Notes under the pieces: generated by a model
The model's input: only the letters and a program-made list of their open reading frames with translations
Database searches by the model: none
Told to the model about the DNA's origin: nothing
Part shown: positions 41,430 through 49,898 of the stretch, piece by piece
Numbering within the stretch: position 1 is the stretch's first letter
How the letters are laid out: every line of letters begins with the position of its first letter
Program-made: the position numbers and the translations under genes
Origin: Desulfobacterales bacterium
GTDB taxonomy: Bacteria > Desulfobacterota > Desulfobacteria > Desulfobacterales > UBA5852
Direction of reading: 5' to 3'
DNA length: 64,000 bases
NCBI GenBank assembly: GCA_963674755.2
Contig: CAXXVS010000002.1
Coordinates: 2,240,001-2,304,000, forward strand

Positions 41430-41548
41430 CCGGCGGAAGTCCTTTCAGGATAGACGCAAAATACGGTCTTGCAAGCGATCGGCGCGGTTGGTGAAAACGG
41501 CCGCCGAGAGGATCCAAAGGGAATTCGGTCTCACGGTTCGGGCGCAGG

Positions 41549-43525
41549 TCAGGCGGCGTGCGCCGTATCAACCGTCGACACCAGGCCGGCCAGCTTCTCC
41601 TCCCGAAGGACATGGTCGATATCCAGCAGCATGCAAATGCCGTCTTTGGCCTTGGCCATGGCCGGAATGTGCCGCGTATCGATCCGGGCGCCAAACCGCG
41701 GGGTGGGATCGATCTGGGCGGACCGGATGGTCAGCACCTCGGACACGGAATCCACCGCCACACCCACCATCAATCCTTCCCCGCCCTGGCCGCATTCCAA
41801 AACCACGATGCAGCTGCGGTCCCCGGAGGCTGCTTCCCCCAGGCCGAATTTGAGGCGCAGATCCACCACCGGAAGGGTGCGTCCCCGGAGGCTGACCACC
41901 CCGCGCACATGGGGCGGGGCCTGGGGCAGGCTGCGGATGGGCAACATGCCGATGATCTCCCGGATGCGCAGGATGTCGATGCCGTAAAGCTGGCCGTCCA
42001 GACTCAAGGTCAAGTATTTGCCTTCCAGGTTCAGCATGGACTTGTCCTCGCCATTGGCCCGCTGGACGTGGCGTGACAAGAGATCCATCGCCGTGTCGTC
42101 GGCGATGTGCAGGTAGGCCGGCAGGTTGCCGGACACCCGGTCCTTGCAGGCCGCATCGGCAAACCGGGTATCCACGAAGACGTCCATATCCACCGGCGCA
42201 CCGATGCGCATCCGTTTGACCATGTAGTCGTTCATGGTCCGCAGGTCTGCGACCGCCGGATAGAGGTCGCCGGTCTTGATGCCTTTTTCCTCGCTCAGGA
42301 CGTTTTTGAGCACCGGCACCTTGAGCCCCAAGGTCTTGTCGGGATCCAGGAAGGCCACCCCGATTTCGGCCGCCATCTCCGGCTTTTGGGCCACGAATTT
42401 GCCCGCCTGGACCAGCATCTCGGTAAACTCGTAGACCGCCTCCGTGTGGGGGGTGATGAAATCATCCCGCATGGTGACCACACAGCAGGGGTGGTTTTCC
42501 CACAGTTCGCTGCTCAAAAACTGCAGGTCGGCCCTGCCCGAGGCAATGGCCTTGGTGCCCAGGGGCTCCGCCACCATGAACCCGGCGGCGGCGGCATTGC
42601 TCTGCATAAACGCCTGCATCTTGATGGGGGCCACCACTTCGAAATTGACATCGCTCTGCCCCTCCCCCACCATGCCCGCTTTCAGACCGACACCGCTGAA
42701 AAACAAATGGGCCAGCATGTGGTGCACGGACATCTTGTGGGGAATGAAAAAGGATCGGGTACGGAAAAAGTCGGCAAACGGTTCTGCATAGCCTTCCCGT
42801 TTGCTGCGCACAAAGGTGCTGCCGTTCTTGTGGGCCAGCAGGGTCAGCTTGATCGGGACGCCGAAACTGTATAGATCCATGGCGATGGGCGCCAGGATGA
42901 AAGCCGCATCCACGGCGCCTTTTTCCAGGGCCTCCTGGACGGGGTTCCAGCCCGGCAGACAGACTGTCTCCAGTTCGAAATGCCGGGGCTGCAGATCGCC
43001 CCTGGCGATCAGGTGCTTCAACACCCCCAGGATGATATGATCGGTAATCTGGATGTGGGCCACCCTGAGCTTGACGCGGCCGTCGACGACCTCCCGGGGG
43101 CCCACGACGCTGTCCGGGGCGCTCTTCTCCCGCGGCGCCAGTCCGAGGGCCTCGTCGATCTTGGCCTTCAATTCCGCCTCGTTGAAAGGTTTGGCCACGA
43201 AAGCGTTGACCCCGGCATCCACGGCCTTCTTCTCCTGGGCCTTGTCCCCCTGGCCGGTGGCCATAAGAAACGGGATAGGCCGGGTGGCCGCTTGGCCCTT
43301 GACCCAGCAGAGCAGTTCGTAGCCGTCCTTGTTGGGCATGTTCCAGTCGCTGATGATCAGATCGACCGACGTTCCCTCCTGCAGGATGCCAATGGCCTGA
43401 TCCCCGTCCACCGCTTCTATGATCCCCTCAAATCCAAGCTCCTTGAGGGTTTTGATTTCGATTTTCCGCATGACGGCGGTGTCTTCAACCAGCAGAATCT
43501 GGACCTGTTTGGGGTCAAACGCCAT
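41549..43525 (-). CDS. REC + NrtA/CmpA(NMT1)-type binding domain + CheW fusion protein
   Basis: CheY-like REC (LLVED, ISDWNMP, VAKPF); central HIQITDH, AFILAPIAM, PHKMSVHH, VAEPLG, WENHPCCVV; C-terminal CheW (YLTLSL..YGIDI..IREII, GVVSLRG..LPVVDLR, VDSVSEV). Confidence 0.85.
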   Translation of the reverse strand: MAFDPKQVQILLVEDTAVMRKIEIKTLKELGFEGIIEAVDGDQAIGILQEGTSVDLIISDWNMPNKDGYELLCWVKGQAATRPIPFLMATGQGDKAQEKKAVDAGVNAFVAKPFNEAELKAKIDEALGLAPREKSAPDSVVGPREVVDGRVKLRVAHIQITDHIILGVLKHLIARGDLQPRHFELETVCLPGWNPVQEALEKGAVDAAFILAPIAMDLYSFGVPIKLTLLAHKNGSTFVRSKREGYAEPFADFFRTRSFFIPHKMSVHHMLAHLFFSGVGLKAGMVGEGQSDVNFEVVAPIKMQAFMQSNAAAAGFMVAEPLGTKAIASGRADLQFLSSELWENHPCCVVTMRDDFITPHTEAVYEFTEMLVQAGKFVAQKPEMAAEIGVAFLDPDKTLGLKVPVLKNVLSEEKGIKTGDLYPAVADLRTMNDYMVKRMRIGAPVDMDVFVDTRFADAACKDRVSGNLPAYLHIADDTAMDLLSRHVQRANGEDKSMLNLEGKYLTLSLDGQLYGIDILRIREIIGMLPIRSLPQAPPHVRGVVSLRGRTLPVVDLRLKFGLGEAASGDRSCIVVLECGQGGEGLMVGVAVDSVSEVLTIRSAQIDPTPRFGARIDTRHIPAMAKAKDGICMLLDIDHVLREEKLAGLVSTVDTAHAA

Positions 43526-43848
43526 TCAGTTACCTCGGATGGAAGTGGGTTAATTCAGAAGACCGTATACAACCCGACAAGCCGTTGTAATGGATTCCTG
43601 CGGCCAACTTAGCCGCATATGCGGTTTGAACGGAGCCCGCCGATCGAACCGCCTTAAGCGGTATAACTCCTTATCGGTCTTCGGGTTCGCAACTTTAACG
43701 CAAATGACCCACCGCAAGGCGGGCAATCTTTATCCAATTTTTACATATGCCAGGAGAAATCGTGATTATAGTGTCGGGTGAGATGCCGTTCGACCGAAAC
43801 AAAAATAATCGAAACCGGTCGCACTGGCCCTGCTGAAGGGACGCTCTC

Positions 43849-44670
43849 ATGAACAGAACGCACACGACCATATTGGCGGGGGGGATTCTCCTGCTATGGA
43901 TGGCGCCGATCGTGATCGGCTGTTCCCGGACCGGGGAGCGCGAGGCCGGCCGAAATACCCTAGAAGAGGAGTCTGCCATGAAACCTGAAAACCGGACCTT
44001 GTCATCGACCGACGTTCTGCCGCCCATCGACGCCGCCGCCCCGCAAACCTTTGATACGGCTACTTTTGGCCTGGGGTGATTCTGGGGCGTGGACGCCCAG
44101 TTCGGGGCGCTCGAAGGGGTCATCCGGACCCGTTCCGGCTATGCCGGCGGAACCACCCCCAACCCGGATTACGGCCACATCGGCGACCACACGGAAGCCG
44201 TTCAGGTGGACTACGACCCCCAACGGATCAGCTACGCGGAGTTGCTGGAAGTCTTCTGGCAAAGCCACCGGCCCACCAGCCCTCCCTGGAAACGACAGTA
44301 CCTGAATGCCGTTTTCTACCATAATGACCGGCAGCAGGAAGAAGCGCTGGCCTCGCAAGCGGCGGTCGAGGAACAACTGGGCCGCACCGTACAGACCGAA
44401 GTGATCCCCCTGCGGTCCTTCACCCGGGCCGAGGATTACCACCAGAAATACCTGCTCAAGCGTGAAGCCGATCTGCTGCGGGACCTGACTCGGGTCTATC
44501 CCCGCCACCGGGACCTGGTGGACTCCACGGCTGCGGCCCGTCTCAACGGCTATGCCGGTGGATACGGGAGCCCGGAACAGCTCGACCGGGAAATCGACCG
44601 CCTGGGACTCAGCCCGGCCGGCAAGGAAAAGTTGGAGATGCTGGTGCACCACAAGGGGCTTTTCAATTAG
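43849..44670 (+). CDS. msrA: Peptide-methionine (S)-S-oxide reductase, selenocysteine form (in-frame TGA 44077-44079), possible lipoprotein
   Basis: ATFGLG-TGA-FWG places TGA at the catalytic Cys of GCFWG; continues in frame to GYAGG, HTEAVQVDYDP, AEDYHQKY. Alternative start ATG 43978 (SD GAGGAG). Confidence 0.9.
44092..44112 (+). promoter_or_regulatory. Candidate bacterial SECIS hairpin
   Basis: GA-CGCCC-AGTTCG-GGGCG-c-TC; the loop starts after 19 nt and has G at its second position. Confidence 0.55.
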
Positions 44671-44804
44671 GTTCCTTCCGCCGAGGGGGAGATTTCCGGA
44701 AGCCCCTTTAGCGCACGGGCTACGGCTTGACCTCGGTGGAAGGGCTGTTTTAAGTGACGGATCGAAATCGTCTGCAAAATGTGTTGAAGACTGGAGCAAC
44801 GCCC

Positions 44805-45332
44805 ATGGGTGAAATCAAAAGCACACTGGATCTGGTGATGGAGCGCACGCGCCATCTGTCGTTGTCCGCGGAAGAGAAAGAAGCTCAGCGCCGGGAAGAC
44901 TTTGGCAAACGGCTCCAGGGACTTTTGCAGCAATATGCGGATGGGGCCATGCCCATGGATGAACTCCGGGACCGCATGGCGGCTCTGGGAAAAGAAACCG
45001 GCGTCACCGGCAGCAGGCTCGCGGTGAAGGCCGTGCTTGATCGTATCGATCCCGACCAGGACAATAACCGATGGCTGGCCTTCCTGAAACATCTGGCACC
45101 GGGCCTCGACCGTCCCCTTGTCGCCCTGCTTGCGGCCTATAAAGAAGACCAGGCTGTCTTATTGCAGACCGGGCAGAAGCAGTTGCGGGACCGGCTATGC
45201 CGGGATCATGGCATCACCGGTGCGGCCGTCGTACCCAATCCCCGCCGGGATCCAGTTACGCAAAAACATCTCACGACCCTCAGGAATGAGACGACAGAGA
45301 GGGTCGCGCAGCTGCTGCAGGAAATGCCATAG
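44805..45332 (+). CDS. Conserved hypothetical protein (possibly DUF6657-like)
   Basis: MGEIKSTLDLVMERTRHL start after GGAG; helical composition. Family name recalled, not verified. Confidence 0.65.
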   Translation: MGEIKSTLDLVMERTRHLSLSAEEKEAQRREDFGKRLQGLLQQYADGAMPMDELRDRMAALGKETGVTGSRLAVKAVLDRIDPDQDNNRWLAFLKHLAPGLDRPLVALLAAYKEDQAVLLQTGQKQLRDRLCRDHGITGAAVVPNPRRDPVTQKHLTTLRNETTERVAQLLQEMP

Positions 45333-45450
45333 GCGGCGGCGAAACCGTCCTTCATGCGCAGGTCGGTATGGTTTTTTAAGCATTGATGCTTTGATCGGGG
45401 CCGGGTGGAACTTCATCTCGATGTCGATCTTCCCAGCCGGGGGGGCCGTT

Positions 45451-46119
45451 CTATACGTAACCGAACCAGGTCCGCTCCACCCGTTCGAAATTCTTGCGTA
45501 CCGCCGCGGCCCCGGATATCACCCCACCGTGGCCGGATAGCAGCCAGGCCGCGTCAAGCCCGGCCATCCGTTGAATGCTTGCTTTGAGCTGACGACCGTC
45601 GCCGCCGGGCAGGTCGGTGCGCCCCAACCCGTCCTTGAAAATCAGATCCCCGCTGAAAAGGGCCTTTTCGGCCGGCCAGAGGAGGGTCACCGCACCGGGG
45701 GCGTGCCCCGGGGTGTGATAGACTTCCAGGGTGATATCGTCCACCGCCAGCTCGCCCTCCTGAAGGAAAAAATCAGGCGCCAGAGAGCTCGGATCCACAT
45801 TCATAGCAGACGGCAGGTAGGGCTCCATCTCCTCCACCAATCGCCATTCGGCTTCGTGCAGGGCGAACAGGGTCGAAGAACGATCGAAGAGGCTCATGGC
45901 TTCGATGTGGTCCGGATGGGCGTGGGTACAGATCACCAGATCGACATCGTCTGCCGTCAAACCCAGCCCAACGAGTCCCTGCCGGACATGATCGAAATAG
46001 GCCGCGTGCCCCGGATCGATCAAAATCGTCTTCTGGGGCGAACGGATCAGGTAGGTATTGCAGTTGTTGGCATGGGGGGATGTCCACAAAAAAGCATGCA
46101 GATGCGGGGTGAGTTCCAT
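45451..46119 (-). CDS. MBL-fold metallo-hydrolase
   Basis: IDPG, THAHPDH, HTPGH, SGDLIF, GRTDLPGG, SGHG. Confidence 0.92.
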   Translation of the reverse strand: MELTPHLHAFLWTSPHANNCNTYLIRSPQKTILIDPGHAAYFDHVRQGLVGLGLTADDVDLVICTHAHPDHIEAMSLFDRSSTLFALHEAEWRLVEEMEPYLPSAMNVDPSSLAPDFFLQEGELAVDDITLEVYHTPGHAPGAVTLLWPAEKALFSGDLIFKDGLGRTDLPGGDGRQLKASIQRMAGLDAAWLLSGHGGVISGAAAVRKNFERVERTWFGYV

Positions 46120-46325
46120 TCAGTGATTCCTTCGCTGTTAATGAGGTTTACGATGACACTCTGCCAATCGAAATCATGGCGATGTCATCTGTCAAATCGC
46201 AGCAGCCCAGATGTGCGAATACATCACCAATGATGGACTGTAAAAAATCCTTGCAGCAGCCTCGTTTGGATTCCCCGTGCGATATCATCACTGTTGATAT
46301 CCATATATCAGCAATTTTGAAAGTG

Positions 46326-46519
46326 TTAGGACAGCACCCGGTATACAGGTATCGGCCGGGCAATGGTTTTGATCCGATGCCCGTCAAGATCATTTATGAC
46401 GGCACGGCAGGCTTTGAGCGTGCAGACGCCGCTTCATCATTACCCGTGAGTCGGTTAAAACCGTTGACGTCTGCGCTGAGAACAGCGGTGAGCTTACGCT
46501 TAAAACCTCCATCGGCCAT
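46326..46519 (-). pseudogene. Class III adenylate/guanylate cyclase remnant
   Basis: MADGGFKRKLTAVLSADVNGFNRLTGNDEAA (cyclase N-terminus) followed out of frame by DLDGHRIKTIARPIPVYRVL (end of the cyclase domain). Confidence 0.65.
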
Positions 46520-46590
46520 GGTCTGCCCCCATGGTTAAGGTTTCAAACTGAAGCCCTAAGTGGTTGGATCAATCATCAAATCGATATGAT

Positions 46591-47121
46591 CTAGTCCATC
46601 ATTTTGGGGTCAGATTTTTTCGACCGGTCAAATTCGGGGAACAGATCCTCTTTGCGGAATTCGCGCAGCAGCATGTTGACGATCCACCACCTTTGGCCAT
46701 CATTGTAGAGTCGCATTTCTATGGTACCGCGTCGGAATGGTTTCTGGTCGTCTTGCTCAAGACAACCTTCATAGACGCTAACCGCCCTGGCAAGGTTGCC
46801 GGACATTTCCGTTCGCCGGATTGTTTCCCGCCAGTAGCGCTCCTTTTGATAGGAAGAAGCCGCCATGGAGGCCATGAACTCCTTTACCTCCAGGAGAGCC
46901 GACAAATAGCTTCCTTCTTCCGATACATCGGCTCTCATGATGCGGGCACCGGGAAGGAATAAGGCCAGCATCTGATCCCCATTGCCTTCACATTCCTCAG
47001 GCGCGCACACGCTGTCATACAATGTCTCAATGACCGTATCGATATATTTTCCCGGAACACTCAATATTCTATGCCTCCACTCGGTTGATGGTCTTGCATG
47101 GTACGGCCCTTGCTCATACAT
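46591..47121 (-). CDS. NTF2/SnoaL-like fold hypothetical protein
   Basis: IDTVIETLYD, LFLPGARI, RRTE..GNLA...SVYE, PFRRG, NDGQRWWIV resemble that family; start uncertain. Confidence 0.6.
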   Translation of the reverse strand: MYEQGPYHARPSTEWRHRILSVPGKYIDTVIETLYDSVCAPEECEGNGDQMLALFLPGARIMRADVSEEGSYLSALLEVKEFMASMAASSYQKERYWRETIRRTEMSGNLARAVSVYEGCLEQDDQKPFRRGTIEMRLYNDGQRWWIVNMLLREFRKEDLFPEFDRSKKSDPKMMD

Positions 47122-47445
47122 ATTGCGTACCAGCCAGGCCGCGCGGTCTCTTAAGATTCATAACCTATCGATATGATAGTCGATTTTCAAAAAAGTCGGA
47201 TTGGCGCGTTCGCATCGAGTGACAAGCTTGTTTACGATTGCGGTGGTTAACCGCAAACGGCGTAGACAGCCATTGGAACGTTAAATTCAGCCGTCCCACC
47301 CCGCAAAACCGCATATCGCTTGGATTCCGTCGAGGACAGCATCCCCTGCAACTCCCGCCAAAATGCAAAAACGGTCGCTTGGAACCCAAACAATGTGATA
47401 CTGACAATGCCATATCGTATGTGATCATTTACGAAAAAGAGCACA

Positions 47446-47616
47446 ATGCGCGCGCCGGTCCTTTTTCACATCGACGGTACCCTGATCCGCGACGGGGGCG
47501 CCTCCGCCAGCGCCTTTGAGTTAGCCTTGCGCGACCTGTTCGGGGTGGTGGCAGCGTCGTCGGCCCCGGTGGACAAACACGGCCGGTTCAAACGCCTCCT
47601 GGCCCTGGCCGACTGA
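47446..47616 (+). pseudogene. HAD-family hydrolase remnant (56 aa)
   Basis: VLFHIDGTLI matches HAD motif I LFDIDGTL with the nucleophile Asp replaced by His; truncated after VDKHGR. Confidence 0.6.
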
Positions 47617-47629
47617 TGGGAGCCCCGCC

Positions 47630-48460
47630 ATGACCCTTACGGAAGACATGCCCGGCAAAGGATTCTTTATTTCCATCGAAGTCGTGCCGCCAGCCGGACC
47701 GGACGCCGGGCCCCTGCTCAAGTCCCTGGCGTCCCTGGCCGACCTTCCGGTGAACGCCTTCAGTGTGGCCACCAATCCCGTGGCCAAGCCCCGCATGAGC
47801 GCCATGGCCCTGTGCGCCCTTATCCAAAAGCGCACCGGACGGGCCGCCATCCTGCATTGCACCACCCGGGACCATAACCGCCTGAGCCTGCAGGGTCTCC
47901 TGTGGGGCGCCCAAGCCCTGGGCATCGCCACGGTGCTGGTGACCACCGGAGATTTCGTGGCCTTGCAGGACCGCGCCACGACCTCCGACGTGCGGGACAT
48001 CCACCTTTTCAGCCTGCTAACCATGGCCAGGGAGGCGGGCCTGCGGGTGGGGGTGGTCCTCGACCCCCGCCCCGCACCGGGCGGCCTGGCCCGCGCCGTG
48101 AAGCGGCTGGCCCGCAAGGCCGATGCCGGCGCCCAGTTCGTGGTCACCCAGCCGGTCTACGATGCATCCCTGGCCGACGCCCTGGCCGAAGCGACACACC
48201 GCATCGCGATCCCGCTCATCATGGGCCTCCTGCCCCTGCGCACCCCACGCCACGCCGATTTCCTGCACAACAGGGTGGCCGGCATTACGGTACCCCGGCC
48301 CCTGCGGGAGCGCATGCACCAAGCCCACGACCCCATTGCCGAGGGCATCGCCATCGCCCGGGAAAACCTGACCCTGGCCCGGGAGCGGTTTGCCGGGGCC
48401 TGCATCATGCCGCCCTTCGATCACTATGAAATCCTGCCGGCCATCCTGACGGTTTCGTGA
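47630..48460 (+). CDS. Methylenetetrahydrofolate reductase family flavoprotein
   Basis: ISIEVVPP, HCTTRDHN, TTGD, KADAGAQFVVTQPVYD, FLHNRVAGI, GACIMPPF. Confidence 0.85.
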   Translation: MTLTEDMPGKGFFISIEVVPPAGPDAGPLLKSLASLADLPVNAFSVATNPVAKPRMSAMALCALIQKRTGRAAILHCTTRDHNRLSLQGLLWGAQALGIATVLVTTGDFVALQDRATTSDVRDIHLFSLLTMAREAGLRVGVVLDPRPAPGGLARAVKRLARKADAGAQFVVTQPVYDASLADALAEATHRIAIPLIMGLLPLRTPRHADFLHNRVAGITVPRPLRERMHQAHDPIAEGIAIARENLTLARERFAGACIMPPFDHYEILPAILTVS

Positions 48461-48573
48461 ATCGCTCAGCTCAATATCGGCGTTATGCGGCGCTCCTCGT
48501 CAGTGCGCTGTGCCTGGTGCATGCCTCCTTCCTCGATCTTGCACGCCTTGACCTTGAACGATGCACGAAACCG
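48450..48573. repeat. Inverted-repeat element family C, copy 2; contains the stop codon of the MTHFR-like gene
   Basis: CGGTTTCGTGAATCGCTCA ... TGAACGATGCACGAAACCG; shares TATCGGCGTTA and CCTTGA.CT.GAACG with 31366-31508. Confidence 0.7.
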
Positions 48574-48722
48574 TTTATAAGATCACTCCGGGATCGCATG
48601 CGAAAAGATCTTATAGCGACCAGCAGCGGAAAGATCGACGCCCCCACCGCATGTCATCCATGCCGATGAATACCAACGGACAGGATTTGAACCGCTTGAA
48701 ACGAAAAGGAGGAAGATCCGCC

Positions 48723-49061
48723 ATGCAAGCATCATCCACCGGACTGCCGGAGAACATTGCCGGACTGCTCTGCTACCTGCTGGGCTGGATCAGCGGCCTG
48801 GTGTTCTATCTCATCGAGAAGCAAAGCGATTTCGTGAAGTTTCATGCCACCCAATCTATCATCGTCTTTGGGATCCTGACCCTGGCCAGCATCGCTTCCG
48901 GGGCCGTCCCCTTCATCGGGGCCCTCCTGGCGCCGCTGCTCTCCCTGCTGGCCTTCGCCCTCTGGATCATCCTCATGATCAGGGCGTTCCAGCATCACCA
49001 TTACAAACTCCCCTGGGTCGGAGACCTGGCGGAAAAATATGCCCGCAAGGACCTGATCTAG
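48723..49061 (+). CDS. DUF4870 family membrane protein
   Basis: TGLPENIAGLLCYLLGWISG, FVKFHATQS, YKLPWVGDLAE; SD AGGAGG. Confidence 0.85.
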   Translation: MQASSTGLPENIAGLLCYLLGWISGLVFYLIEKQSDFVKFHATQSIIVFGILTLASIASGAVPFIGALLAPLLSLLAFALWIILMIRAFQHHHYKLPWVGDLAEKYARKDLI

Positions 49062-49210
49062 CGCTTACCCAATACCTGACGAGTGTCCGTCCCTAGCGGA
49101 TTGAAAACGAACGCGAACGCCGGCTTGTCCGCCAAAGGTGGATGGGTCTACCGGCGGAGGGTCGGGGACCGCGAAACGCCATTGACGGATGGAGACGTTA
49201 AGGAGGCTTT

Positions 49211-49735
49211 ATGCTTTACCGTTTTGACGGCCGGCAGCCCGTGATCGGCCAGGACAGTTATGTGAGTGAAACGGCAACCCTGATCGGCGATGTCGTGGTG
49301 GGGGCCAACTGCTACATCGGCCACGGGGCGATTATCCGCGGCGACTACGGGCGGATCGAAATCGGCAGCGGCACCGCCGTGGAGGAGGGGGTGATCATCC
49401 ATTGTCCGCCGGGTGATGTCCATCGCATCGGCGAACGGGTCACCCTCGGCCATGGGGCCATCCTGCACGGGCGGGTTATCGGCGAGCTGGCCGTCATCGG
49501 CATGGGGGCCATTCTCAGCATCTGGTCCGAGGTCGGCGAAGGCGCTATCGTGGCCGAAGGCAGCGTGGTGAAGGCCAACCAAAAGGTCCCGGCCGCCAAG
49601 GTCGCCGCCGGAAATCCGGCCCGGATCGTACGGGATGTCAGCGAAAAGGACACGGAACTCTGGGCCCTCGGCAAACAGATCTATATCGACCTGGCGGCCA
49701 AATACCTGGCCCAGGGGATGACGCCGGTGGGGTGA
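49211..49735 (+). CDS. Gamma-carbonic anhydrase family hexapeptide-repeat protein
   Basis: LIGDVVVG, IRGDYGRIEIG, IIH, LGHGAILHG, AGNPA. Confidence 0.9.
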   Translation: MLYRFDGRQPVIGQDSYVSETATLIGDVVVGANCYIGHGAIIRGDYGRIEIGSGTAVEEGVIIHCPPGDVHRIGERVTLGHGAILHGRVIGELAVIGMGAILSIWSEVGEGAIVAEGSVVKANQKVPAAKVAAGNPARIVRDVSEKDTELWALGKQIYIDLAAKYLAQGMTPVG

Positions 49736-49898
49736 GCACAAATCCCGCCATGGAAACGGTCCGCCACGGGCGAAGGCATTGAATTGCCTTGGTTTTTATA
49801 GTACTAACATGGACATGCGCTATAAGGACAGGTGCCGCGCCGGCACCGGCAGCACCGAATACTTAGCGCCAATCCAACCGCCAAAACGGGTGAATGCC

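Noticed and set aside
43695..43730. CCCACC-GCAA-GGCGGG hairpin as a c-di-GMP-I riboswitch
   Set aside because: Only a GNRA hairpin; the following conserved segment and the second stem are not evident.
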